Positions 25,417-33,982 of a stretch of 64,000 nt of DNA are shown piece after piece (position 1 is the stretch's first letter; each line of letters starts with the position of its first letter). The translations under genes and the position numbers were made by a program. The notes below the pieces were generated by a model that saw nothing but the letters and a program-made list of their open reading frames with translations, did no database searches and was not told the DNA's origin. The stretch is from NCBI GenBank assembly GCA_015064965.1, contig SVRG01000002.1, positions 7,983 through 71,982 of the forward strand. The letters run 5' to 3'. The stretch is from Oscillospiraceae bacterium. GTDB lineage: Bacteria; Bacillota; Clostridia; Oscillospirales; CAG-272.

Positions 25417-27466
25417 ACCACAATCCTTCGATATATACATGTCCGTCTTTAAATGACAACGGATAATATGTTTTTTCATCGGTATCGTTATCAACCGTGC
25501 AAAGGAAAAACTTGCCGCTTTCATCCTCATGGAAATAGAAATCGCTCCAATTTCCGCCGTCAAGTATACTCTCAAAATGCTCGTTGTTTTTCTTTATTAC
25601 CGAAAAAGTAATCGTAAACCTTCCGGATGTCGGTCCCATGCTCATTATCACGGTTTCATCTTCTCCGTCACTGTCTATGTCAAATGTAGCGGTATCGTAA
25701 ATCATACTGAAGGGATCCATACGTCCATCAAGCTGAAATACTGCGCCGTCAGGTACGGGGCACTCTGCCTTTGGCGCATCAGCAGAATATTTATAACTTG
25801 GTATTGGCGAAGAACGCGACGCATCAAACACATACGTATCACCAACTACATCGAACACATAAGTGTACATTCCGTCATCTGTTTTCAGCGTGAGTGTGTC
25901 TTTTGTCTCCTCATACTTTCCAATGGCTATATAGGAGCTAAAGCCCGACCAAGAAAAAGTAAATGTCTTTGGATCGTCATAAAGATTAAGTGCCGGCTTT
26001 ATCGGGTCCACAGATTCATAATATCTATAAAGATTATATCCGCCAAACTCAGTGACCTGGTAAATGTAAGATTGACGCTCTTTTTTCACCTTGTAAACCC
26101 AACGTATAATATCATCGCCGTCATCACCGCAATTATAGTAACCTACAGCGATATAATATGCACCGTCATTTTGTTCAAAAAGCATATATAGATGATAGAT
26201 GTAATTAAGCTTGTCCAAATATCTGAGTTCCCATGTTCTACGGTTATTCTCACGGATATTTGCAGCAACTTCTATACCGTAGCCATCAAACGCTTCGTCA
26301 AAATCATCGGTCAGCGTAATTTCTTGCATAGTACCAAGCGTATTAATCGTATCGTCCGTCATTTCCTCAAAAGTGAGGTCGCCATGAAGCCTATAGTCCG
26401 GTGCGGCATCAGCGCTCATAACAAATGAAAACATCGGGCAATCATACACAAGTTCCTTGGGATAAAACACGTAACCATCCCGTGCATCAAAGGTAAGCGG
26501 CGCTCCGTTGAAAACAACCTTTTCCTCATCTTTGGGATTTGTCAAAAAGCATACGGCAGTGACAATGCACAACGCTACCGCCAAAATAATCAGCCAAAAG
26601 GCAGGCTTTTTATAGTTCAACACGCCTTTTACTCTCGATTTTACCGAAGTTTCACCAAATGCAAGCGGACATGCAGAAATAAGCTTGCGCGGCACACTTG
26701 CATTTATCAGCGCATTTGAGTACTCTTTTTTGATCTCTGCTCCCTTTTCTTTCAGCACCTTCTCGTCGCATGCAAACTCTATATCACGGCAAAGCAAAAC
26801 ATACGCAATCCACAAAATGGGGTTGAACCAATAGAACGTAAGCAACGCAAATCCAAGCGGCTTCCATACATGATCAAGCCTTTGAATATGCGCCTTTTCA
26901 TGCGCTATGATATATTTGCGATCACTCTCGTCAGTACTCGAAGGCAGATAGATACGCGGACGGAAAATACCAAGAATAAACGGCGTATCTATGCGGTCAC
27001 AAATCCATGCGTCGCCATCCTTTACCGCTTCGCGCACACGCAAGCGGATTCTGATATAACTCACTGCCGTATAAACGAGCATGGCGACAATACCAAGCGC
27101 CCATATCTGCTCAACGAGAAACAGCCACACCTGTATTGGGTTTATACTTGTAAGCTCGTTTGACGGTGCAAAAGAAGCGGTGATAACAGGATTTACAGCC
27201 GAATTGAGAAACTGTATGCCTGTATGGATTTTCGGCTCTCTTGCAAACACTATGTCGAGCGGCACAGTGTTTGCACTTGGGATAAGGCTAAGCACACTTT
27301 CAAATGAAAACGGACACACAAGGCGTACTGCAACAAGCGCCCACAATGTACATACTATCGCTCGCGGCGCTTTTTTCAGCAAAAGCCTGAGCACTGCAAC
27401 CGCAAGCACAACCCATGAGGCCGTTATGCTCATATTTACCAGCGTTAAAAAGAAATTGTCCATCAT
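25415..27466 (-). CDS. BlaR1/MecR1-like M56 peptidase signal transducer with non-PBP sensor domain
   Basis: 683 aa. N-terminal TM bundle with zinc motif HEKAHIQRLDH. After the last TM helix, an approx 380-aa extracellular region shows no SxxK/PBP motifs by eye. Overlaps the blaI-like stop by 4 nt. Confidence 0.8.
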   Translation of the reverse strand: MMDNFFLTLVNMSITASWVVLAVAVLRLLLKKAPRAIVCTLWALVAVRLVCPFSFESVLSLIPSANTVPLDIVFAREPKIHTGIQFLNSAVNPVITASFAPSNELTSINPIQVWLFLVEQIWALGIVAMLVYTAVSYIRIRLRVREAVKDGDAWICDRIDTPFILGIFRPRIYLPSSTDESDRKYIIAHEKAHIQRLDHVWKPLGFALLTFYWFNPILWIAYVLLCRDIEFACDEKVLKEKGAEIKKEYSNALINASVPRKLISACPLAFGETSVKSRVKGVLNYKKPAFWLIILAVALCIVTAVCFLTNPKDEEKVVFNGAPLTFDARDGYVFYPKELVYDCPMFSFVMSADAAPDYRLHGDLTFEEMTDDTINTLGTMQEITLTDDFDEAFDGYGIEVAANIRENNRRTWELRYLDKLNYIYHLYMLFEQNDGAYYIAVGYYNCGDDGDDIIRWVYKVKKERQSYIYQVTEFGGYNLYRYYESVDPIKPALNLYDDPKTFTFSWSGFSSYIAIGKYEETKDTLTLKTDDGMYTYVFDVVGDTYVFDASRSSPIPSYKYSADAPKAECPVPDGAVFQLDGRMDPFSMIYDTATFDIDSDGEDETVIMSMGPTSGRFTITFSVIKKNNEHFESILDGGNWSDFYFHEDESGKFFLCTVDNDTDEKTYYPLSFKDGHVYIEGLW

Positions 27467-27822
27467 TCTTCATACTCCTCTACCATACGGCGAAGTGCGG
27501 CTATTTCATCCCCACTTAAGTTCTTGCGCTTTGTAAAAGCAGCCAAAAAAGCAGGCAACGAGCCGCCAAAAGTATCCTCAACAAACTTTTCGCTCTGCAT
27601 CGAATAAAATTCATCGCGCGAAATAAGTGATGTAACCGTTCCGCCGTTATTTTCAAAGATTCCCTTTTCAGAAAGACGGCGAAGCACCGTAAATGTGGTT
27701 GACTTTTTCCATCCAAGCTCATTTTCGCTTTTCTTTACAAGCTCAGAAGACTGTACCGGCTCATTCTGCCAAATAATATCCGCAAATTTTGCTTCGATTA
27801 CACCAAGTTGAATATCGCTCAT
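27463..27822 (-). CDS. blaI: BlaI/MecI/CopY family transcriptional repressor
   Basis: Winged-helix N-terminus (WKKSTTFTVLRRLSEKGI). AAGGAG lies 8 nt before the ATG at 27820-27822. The track start (GTG 27831) overlaps the RBS. Cognate operators lie upstream. Confidence 0.85.
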   Translation of the reverse strand: MSDIQLGVIEAKFADIIWQNEPVQSSELVKKSENELGWKKSTTFTVLRRLSEKGIFENNGGTVTSLISRDEFYSMQSEKFVEDTFGGSLPAFLAAFTKRKNLSGDEIAALRRMVEEYEE

Positions 27823-27840
27823 ATTTGTCACTCCTTTTTG

Positions 27841-27857
27841 GTTTACATACTGTAGAC
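27841..27857. promoter_or_regulatory. BlaI/MecI-type operator 1 (imperfect dyad)
   Basis: GTTTACA-TAC-TGTAGAC, a TACA/TGTA dyad with one mismatch. It lies between the putative -10 and the blaI RBS. Confidence 0.6.
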
Positions 27858-27864
27858 TATAATC

Positions 27865-27893
27865 AGTTTACACGATGTAAACCGATTTGTCAA
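27865..27893 (-). promoter_or_regulatory. candidate promoter of blaI-blaR1
   Basis: Minus strand TTGACA-17 nt-TAAACT. The -10 is embedded in operator 2. Confidence 0.45.
27866..27882. promoter_or_regulatory. BlaI/MecI-type operator 2 (perfect dyad)
   Basis: GTTTACA-CGA-TGTAAAC, a perfect 7-3-7 inverted repeat with the TACA/TGTA core known for BlaI/MecI operators. Overlaps the putative -10. Confidence 0.7.
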
Positions 27894-27903
27894 GAGGGGA
27901 ATT

Positions 27904-27935
27904 AAAAAAACGGTTGCAAAAGCAACCGTTTTTTT
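27904..27935 (-). terminator. intrinsic terminator after hydF
   Basis: CGGTTGC-AAAA-GCAACCG hairpin flanked by A7 and T7. Begins at the hydF stop codon. Confidence 0.85.
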
Positions 27936-29124
27936 AAACCAAATCATACACGTCCGGAAAAAGTTCAAGACTGCGCTTTAAAATACCGTTCATATGCGCA
28001 ATAGCGACGCCGTAATTGACAATGGGCAGATCTGCTGCGCTTACTGCCGCAATACGGCTCTTCATTTCTGCTTCATTCAGCATACATCCTCCGCAATGTA
28101 CAACGATCTTATACTTTGAGAAGTCTGTAGGAAATTCTCCGCCGCTTGTAAAGTCAAACTCGACCGCGGCACCCGAAAACTTTTCGATCCACGCCGGCAT
28201 TTTAACCGTACCGATATCTCCGCACTGACGGTGATGCGTGCATCCCTCGCTAATAAGGATTCTGTCGCCATCACTAAGCGTTGCAAGTGCCGCAGCACCG
28301 CGAACCTGTGTTACAAGGTCGCCCTTATAGCGCGCAAACAGTATTGAAAACGAGGTAAGCGGAATACTTTCGGGAACTATTTTTGAAACTTTACCAAACG
28401 CCTGCGAATCGGTGATGACCATTTTAGGCGGAGCCTTAAGCGCACCAAGTGTTGCCGGAAGCTGCTCAACTTGCGTAACTATCGCCACAGCCCCATGATC
28501 AATAATATCTCGAATAGTCTGCTGCTGCGGCAGAATAAGCCTGCCCTTTGGCGCAGACTCGTCAATCGGTGTGACAAGCACCACAATATCTCCCTCATCA
28601 AGAAGGTCGCTGACGATACGCTTTGTGTTCTCTTTGGTTTTTGCAAGTGCACCGAGTTTTTCTTTAAACTCATGCACGCCCTCTCCGCTTATCGCGCTAA
28701 CGTAAATGGCATCGGCAGTACGCGAAGTGACAAGGTCCGCTTTATTGAATACTGTTATGCTCGGTATTCCCTTTTCATTTACAAGTGAAAGAAAGTTTGT
28801 TTCTTCCTCGCCGATACCAACGGATGCATCAACAACAAGCACTGCGACATCAGTCTTTGCAAGTACCTCACGTGTCTTTTTTACGCGAAGAGAGCCAAGG
28901 TCGCCCTCATCGTCAAAGCCCGGAGTGTCAATAATCATTACAGGGCCGATTGGCAGCAGTTCCATTGCTTTTTTTACAGGGTCGGTGGTTGTGCCCTTTA
29001 CATCGGAAACCACAGCCAGGCTCTGCCCCGTAACAGCATTTACAAGGCTGGATTTACCCGCGTTGCGCTTGCCGAAAAAGGCAATGTGAACGCGGTCAGC
29101 CGATACAGTAGAATTTAAACTCAT
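27934..29124 (-). CDS. hydF: [FeFe]-hydrogenase H-cluster maturation GTPase HydF
   Basis: 396 aa. G1 motif GKRNAGKSS, DTPG and NKAD. C-terminal CxHx(n)HCGGC cluster-binding motif (EGCTHHRQCGD...VHCGGC). Confidence 0.9.
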   Translation of the reverse strand: MSLNSTVSADRVHIAFFGKRNAGKSSLVNAVTGQSLAVVSDVKGTTTDPVKKAMELLPIGPVMIIDTPGFDDEGDLGSLRVKKTREVLAKTDVAVLVVDASVGIGEEETNFLSLVNEKGIPSITVFNKADLVTSRTADAIYVSAISGEGVHEFKEKLGALAKTKENTKRIVSDLLDEGDIVVLVTPIDESAPKGRLILPQQQTIRDIIDHGAVAIVTQVEQLPATLGALKAPPKMVITDSQAFGKVSKIVPESIPLTSFSILFARYKGDLVTQVRGAAALATLSDGDRILISEGCTHHRQCGDIGTVKMPAWIEKFSGAAVEFDFTSGGEFPTDFSKYKIVVHCGGCMLNEAEMKSRIAAVSAADLPIVNYGVAIAHMNGILKRSLELFPDVYDLV

Positions 29125-29126
29125 AA

Positions 29127-30575
29127 TCAGAACCTGAAGTCACGTCTGTTGGACTTTTTAATCTCTTCGATATTATCAGCCGCAATGTTTCTTACCTTTT
29201 CTTTAGGAACATTGAGGAGTTCTTTTTCAATCATCTCAAAGCCGACTTTCTTTGTTTCCTCACTTGCGTAGTCAACAAGATACTCGGTAAGAGTCATAAG
29301 CGCGTTGGGATGGCAGCAGTTTGCGATCTGTCCCGATTTGCAAAGGCTCATAAAGCGGTCGCCGGTACGTCCTTCACGGTAGCAAGCGGTGCAGAATGAC
29401 GGTATGTGTCCGTTTTCCATAAGCCATCTCACAACCTCGTCAAGAGTCCGCTGGTCGGAAACGTCAAACTGTTCTGTATCGTGCGGGCGCTCCTCGGTGG
29501 TGTAGCCACCAACAGATGTGCGCGATCCGCCGCTAACCTGCGATACACCAAGGCGAAGCAGTTTTGCACGGACTGCCTCGGTTTCACGAGTGGAAATAAT
29601 TATACCGGTATAGGGCACTGCAAGACGTATGCAGGCGGTAATTTTTGCGAATGTTTCGTCGTCAATACCGTTGTCAAAATCGTCGGGATTGATGTCATCC
29701 GCCTTTTTAAGGCGCGGTACACTTATGGTGTGGGGTCCGACACCGTGAACAGCCTCAAGATGTTCTGCGTGCATGATAAGACCGGCAAACTCATACTTAT
29801 AGAGTTCAAGTCCAAAGAGTACGCCAAGACCTACATCGTCAATGCCGCCCTCCATTGCGCGGTCCATTGCCTCAGTATGATATGCATAGTTGTGCTTGGG
29901 ACCGGTGGGGTGAAGCTGCTCATAGCTTTCCTTATGGTAAGTTTCTTGGAAAAGTATGTATGTACCAATGCCGGCATCGTGAAGTTTTTTATAGTTTTCA
30001 ACGGTGGTTGCAGCGATATTTACGTTTACGCGGCGGATGTCGCCATTCTTGTGATGCACGGAATAAATGGTGTTGATACACTCAAGAATATACTCAATGG
30101 GGTTGTTTACAGGGTCTTCGCCTGCCTCGATCGCAAGACGCTTGTGTCCCATATCCTGAAGCGCGATAACCTCCGCTTTTACTTCCTCTTGAGTAAGCTT
30201 TTTGCGCGGTATGGTCTTATTCTTGAGATGATATGGGCAGTAAACGCAACCGTTTACACAATAGTTGGAAAGGTAAAGCGGCGCAAAGATCACTATGCGG
30301 TTTCCGTAGAAAGCAAGTTTGATTTCCTCTGCAATTGCATAGATTTTTTCAATGATTTTTGGGTCATCGCACGCAAGCAACACCGACGCCTCGCGGTGTG
30401 TAAGGCCTGCGCAGTGCCAGCCGTCCTCGGTTTTGCGCGGTCTTGCCTTTTCGAGAATTTCGTTTATAAGTTCTGTGTTATTTTTGTTTGCCTCGGCATA
30501 TTCGAGAGTTGCGAGTATCTCGCCATCGTTTATAAACTCCTCTGCCTTAAGCGATTTCGGATTGTAAATTGCCAT
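29127..30575 (-). CDS. hydG: [FeFe]-hydrogenase maturase HydG (radical SAM tyrosine lyase)
   Basis: 482 aa. Radical SAM CVNGCVYCPY plus the C-terminal Cys motif CTACYREGRTGDRFMSLCKSGQIANCCHPN. Confidence 0.9.
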   Translation of the reverse strand: MAIYNPKSLKAEEFINDGEILATLEYAEANKNNTELINEILEKARPRKTEDGWHCAGLTHREASVLLACDDPKIIEKIYAIAEEIKLAFYGNRIVIFAPLYLSNYCVNGCVYCPYHLKNKTIPRKKLTQEEVKAEVIALQDMGHKRLAIEAGEDPVNNPIEYILECINTIYSVHHKNGDIRRVNVNIAATTVENYKKLHDAGIGTYILFQETYHKESYEQLHPTGPKHNYAYHTEAMDRAMEGGIDDVGLGVLFGLELYKYEFAGLIMHAEHLEAVHGVGPHTISVPRLKKADDINPDDFDNGIDDETFAKITACIRLAVPYTGIIISTRETEAVRAKLLRLGVSQVSGGSRTSVGGYTTEERPHDTEQFDVSDQRTLDEVVRWLMENGHIPSFCTACYREGRTGDRFMSLCKSGQIANCCHPNALMTLTEYLVDYASEETKKVGFEMIEKELLNVPKEKVRNIAADNIEEIKKSNRRDFRF

Positions 30576-30619
30576 AGTTGTTCTCCTTTATATTCCAAAC
30601 CTTTATGTAAAAATATTTG

Positions 30620-31657
30620 TTATCTCTTTACATCGCCGCGATTGGCAGTTACCGTACAGCCTATTGCGGCGAGCTTTTGCTTCAGTTTGTCAAGTTCCTC
30701 GGCACTCTCGGCACCGCTTGACAGTTTGTTATCGTAAAGCATATATTTTTTGCGCACAGAAACCGGCGAAAGATTGGGCATTACTACATTTGCACCTGAC
30801 AAAATACCGCGCTCTCTGCCGTCATCGCTAACCGTACCAAGCGCTGTGGTAGCAGGAAGCAACACCGTCGGATGAATTAGCCTTATCATACTGAGAAGCA
30901 TGCAGGTAAGCGTTGCGCTGCCGGCACAAAAACCGCTGAACTCGGTATCCTTATGAGGGATAAACGGACCGATGCCGCACATATCCGGCTTGAATTTTTC
31001 AATAAACACAAGTTCGTCCGCAAGCATCTCGACACTTTGATACGGTGAACCAACCATAAATCCGCAACCGACCTGATAGCCTATCTTTCGCAAATTTTCA
31101 AGGCACTCCATGCGTTTGTCCCACGAAAGATTCTCAGGATGAAGCTTTTCATAGTGCGTCTTTGTCGCCGTTTCATGGCGAAGCAGATATCTGTCTGCAC
31201 CGGCATCGTAAAGACGCTTATAGCTTTCAAAAGTCCGCTCACCAAGCGAAAGTGTAACGGCGCAGTCGCTATGCGCCTCCTTGATTTTTGAAACTATTGA
31301 GCAAAGCCGCTCATCGGTAAAATATGCATCCTCTCCGCCCTGCAACACAAATGTGCGAAAACCAAGTTCATATCCGGCGTTACAGCATTCAAGGATTTCT
31401 TCCTCTGCGAGCCTGTATCGCTCGCAGTTTTGATTACTCTTTCTGATTCCGCAATAATAGCAATCATTTTTGCATATGTTGCTGACCTCAATAAGCCCGC
31501 GGATGAAAACCTCTTTTCCGTAGTGCTTTTCTTTTTCGGCACGCGCAAGTGCGGCAAGATAAGCGGCATCAGCGCAAGTTGCGTTTTTTATTATTTCTAA
31601 ATACTCACTGCGGCAAAGTGAATGCTTTTTTGCGAGTTTATCAATAAGTTTACGCAT
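30620..31657 (-). CDS. hydE: [FeFe]-hydrogenase maturase HydE (radical SAM)
   Basis: Radical SAM CKNDCYYCGIR, BioB-like fold. I prefer the ATG at 31655-31657, which overlaps the upstream stop (ATGCGTAA coupling). The track start is GTG at 31669. Confidence 0.85.
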   Translation of the reverse strand: MRKLIDKLAKKHSLCRSEYLEIIKNATCADAAYLAALARAEKEKHYGKEVFIRGLIEVSNICKNDCYYCGIRKSNQNCERYRLAEEEILECCNAGYELGFRTFVLQGGEDAYFTDERLCSIVSKIKEAHSDCAVTLSLGERTFESYKRLYDAGADRYLLRHETATKTHYEKLHPENLSWDKRMECLENLRKIGYQVGCGFMVGSPYQSVEMLADELVFIEKFKPDMCGIGPFIPHKDTEFSGFCAGSATLTCMLLSMIRLIHPTVLLPATTALGTVSDDGRERGILSGANVVMPNLSPVSVRKKYMLYDNKLSSGAESAEELDKLKQKLAAIGCTVTANRGDVKR

Positions 31658-31907
31658 TGGCACCAACACTTGAAAACGCAGTCTTCACGCTTACTCCGGA
31701 AAGCTTTCCCACCTTGCCAGCAAGCGCAGAAATCATATCCTGCGGTGCATCAATAGCAATGCTGATGATATTGATTTTCTTTTCGCGATATGGGATTCCC
31801 ATTCGTCCTATTATGTATTTTCCATACTCGTGAAGCAGCGAATTAAGCTTTTCAACCGACTCCTCTGCTTCAACAATTATACTCATTACCGCAACTCTTG
31901 TTTCCAT
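31650..31907 (-). CDS. TM1266-family putative iron-only hydrogenase system regulator (small ACT-like protein)
   Basis: The 85-aa version starts METRVAVMSIIVEAEESVEKLNSLLHEYGKYIIGRMGIPY with GAGG 8 nt upstream. The longer track ORF (to 32021) would read through a terminator hairpin and a promoter. It sits directly before hydE, as is typical for this family. Confidence 0.75.
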   Translation of the reverse strand: METRVAVMSIIVEAEESVEKLNSLLHEYGKYIIGRMGIPYREKKINIISIAIDAPQDMISALAGKVGKLSGVSVKTAFSSVGANA

Positions 31908-31921
31908 AAATACCTCGCAAT

Positions 31922-31949
31922 AAAAAATGCCGCGCCCAAAAGGCGCGGC
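31922..31949 (-). terminator. intrinsic terminator in the leader of the TM1266-like/hydEGF operon (also downstream of the aminotransferase gene)
   Basis: Minus-strand RNA GCCGCGCC-UUUUG-GGCGCGGC followed by AUUUUUUA. It lies between the promoter at 32020-32048 and the ATG at 31907. Confidence 0.75.
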
Positions 31950-32019
31950 AAAAAAAGCATTGATTTTTGCGAAGCGCCTTTCACTCAGACAACTCTTTGT
32001 GTCAGGGGTTTCTATAATC

Positions 32020-32048
32020 ATTATATACGAATGTTAAAACTTTGTCAA
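32020..32048 (-). promoter_or_regulatory. consensus SigA-type promoter of the hydrogenase maturation operon
   Basis: Minus strand TTGACA-17 nt-TATAAT (both hexamers perfect), starting 6 nt after the aminotransferase stop codon. Confidence 0.7.
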
Positions 32049-32053
32049 TATAT

Positions 32054-33229
32054 TTAATTAAGTATTCCGCCTTTTTCTATAGCAGAAATTGCCTCTTTTA
32101 TTTTTTCAGGCGGCATTGTAAGTGCAAAACGAACATATCCCTCTCCTGCCGGGCCAAAGCTGCATCCGGGAGTACAAAGTACTCCGCACTCCTCTACAAG
32201 CTTCATGCAAAAAGCCATACTGTCGGTGTATCCTTTGGGAAGTGGCGCCCACACAAACATACTACCACGGCTGTTTGGAACGTCCCAGCCGATTTCACGA
32301 AGCCCTGCACACAAGGTGTCACGGCGCTCCTCATACATTTTGTTCTGCGCTTTTACAGAGTCAAGGGGGCCTGTAAGCGCGGCAATTGCCGCATACTGAA
32401 GCGGCAAAAACATGCCAAAGTCAATCTGCGAGCGAAGCTTGCGGAATGCGCCGACAACATCCTCACGTCCAACAAGAAAACTGATGCGTCCGCCCGTCAC
32501 ATTAAAGCTTTTTGAAAGGCTGAAAAACTCAACACCAACATCTGCTGCACCGGGAATATTGAAAAAGCTATGTCCTTGTGCTCCGTCAAAAATAATATCG
32601 CTGTACGCATTATCATGAATTATAAGAATGTCATACTTCTTTGCAAATGCAACGATTTCGGCGTAAAGCTGCGGAGTACCCACGCTGCCAACAGGATTTG
32701 CAGGGAGTGAAACTATCATGTACTTCGCACGGCGAGCCACATCCTCCGGGATCTCTTTTACATTGGGTAAAAATCCGCTTTCCTTTGTCATAGGATAATA
32801 ATAAGGCTCCGCCCCTGCCATTTTTGCGCCTGCAATAAATACAGGGTAGCAAGGTGTTGGCAAAAGCACAGTGTCACCCTCGTTGCAAAGTACCATTCCG
32901 ATATGCCCCATACCCTCCTGGCTGCCTTGACAGCTTGCTACCTGCTCATGAGTAATATCCACACCGAAACGCTTTTTATAATATGCGCAAACGGCATCGA
33001 GAAGTTCGGGAATGTCGCGCAAACTGTACTTCCAGTTATTTGAGTCCATTGCTGCATCCGCCACAGCACGGCGAATATGCTCCGGCGTTTCAAAATCGGG
33101 CGTACCGATGCTTAAATTGTATATCTTTTTGCCTGCAGCTTCAAGCTGTACTTTTTTTACATTCAGTTCGGCAAAAATCTCATCGCCAAAACGGCTCATT
33201 CGTCTTGAAAATTCCATGGTCTGCTCCAA
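32054..33229 (-). CDS. class I/II PLP-dependent aminotransferase
   Basis: 391 aa. PANPVG, HDNAYSD and SLSKSFNVTGGR (PLP lysine). Specificity cannot be told from sequence (DapL/AspC-like). Confidence 0.8.
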   Translation of the reverse strand: MEQTMEFSRRMSRFGDEIFAELNVKKVQLEAAGKKIYNLSIGTPDFETPEHIRRAVADAAMDSNNWKYSLRDIPELLDAVCAYYKKRFGVDITHEQVASCQGSQEGMGHIGMVLCNEGDTVLLPTPCYPVFIAGAKMAGAEPYYYPMTKESGFLPNVKEIPEDVARRAKYMIVSLPANPVGSVGTPQLYAEIVAFAKKYDILIIHDNAYSDIIFDGAQGHSFFNIPGAADVGVEFFSLSKSFNVTGGRISFLVGREDVVGAFRKLRSQIDFGMFLPLQYAAIAALTGPLDSVKAQNKMYEERRDTLCAGLREIGWDVPNSRGSMFVWAPLPKGYTDSMAFCMKLVEECGVLCTPGCSFGPAGEGYVRFALTMPPEKIKEAISAIEKGGILN

Positions 33230-33289
33230 AAATATAGAATGAAAATATTATATCACAGTTTCTTTTAAGATACAATGATAAATTAAAGT

Positions 33290-33841
33290 TTATATAGCGA
33301 GAAAAAAATACTCACATATAGTTTCCGGCGATTCTTTCATACCGTTATCTATCCACCAGCGAACCGTTTCGACAAAGGTAGAAGATATGTGATTTATCCA
33401 AAAACCGTCAGGTATTTTTTCGCTTTTGCGCTCTTTAAACAACGGAAGCTGGCTGACAACCATTTTTTGAAGATTTACTTTGAAATACTGCAAAAACAGC
33501 GCGTTGTTCTGACAAGCCAAAAGCTCTAAAATGTTATTGTCATTCTTTTGTAAATGCTGAAAAAGGTGCAAAAAAACAGAGCTTGGTGCATCGCAATGAA
33601 AAATATGCCTATGCTCTGACGGCTCTTTTCCCATCGCATCAAAGATGTGACAAAACAGCTCTTCGCACAGCTCTTTCAAAAGATAGTCCTTAGTTTCAAA
33701 ATGCGCATAGAATGTCGCTCTGCCTACATCCGCTTTTTCGATTATTTCGCCTACAGTAATCTGCCCGAACTCCTTTTTTGACAGCAGTTCAACAAAAGCA
33801 GAAAAAATAGCTTCTCTCGTTTTTCTTTGACGTCTATCCAT
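33290..33841 (-). CDS. TetR/AcrR family transcriptional regulator
   Basis: 183 aa. N-terminal HTH FGQITVGEIIEKADVGRATFYAHFETKDYL. Confidence 0.85.
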   Translation of the reverse strand: MDRRQRKTREAIFSAFVELLSKKEFGQITVGEIIEKADVGRATFYAHFETKDYLLKELCEELFCHIFDAMGKEPSEHRHIFHCDAPSSVFLHLFQHLQKNDNNILELLACQNNALFLQYFKVNLQKMVVSQLPLFKERKSEKIPDGFWINHISSTFVETVRWWIDNGMKESPETICEYFFLAI

Positions 33842-33982
33842 TACATTCTCCGTACATTATTTTAAAAATGTTCAGTATCGTACACAGAAAAAAATCTGAA
33901 TGTTGTTTTTACTTATTATATCATGTACAATAACAAACAGCAAGTTCTATATTGAACTGAATGTTTATTCTTAGAGGTAATT

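Noticed and set aside
29406-30737. 443-aa plus-strand ORF
   Set aside because: It lies entirely antisense to hydG and to the hydE 3' end, both of which have unmistakable radical-SAM motifs. The translation is Cys/Val/Phe-rich with no recognisable domain and no RBS. This is a typical shadow ORF.
31908-32021. 38-codon extension of the TM1266-like ORF
   Set aside because: It would be translated through a GC-rich terminator hairpin and would start inside a consensus -10. The family is approx 85 aa, and GAGG precedes the ATG at 31907.
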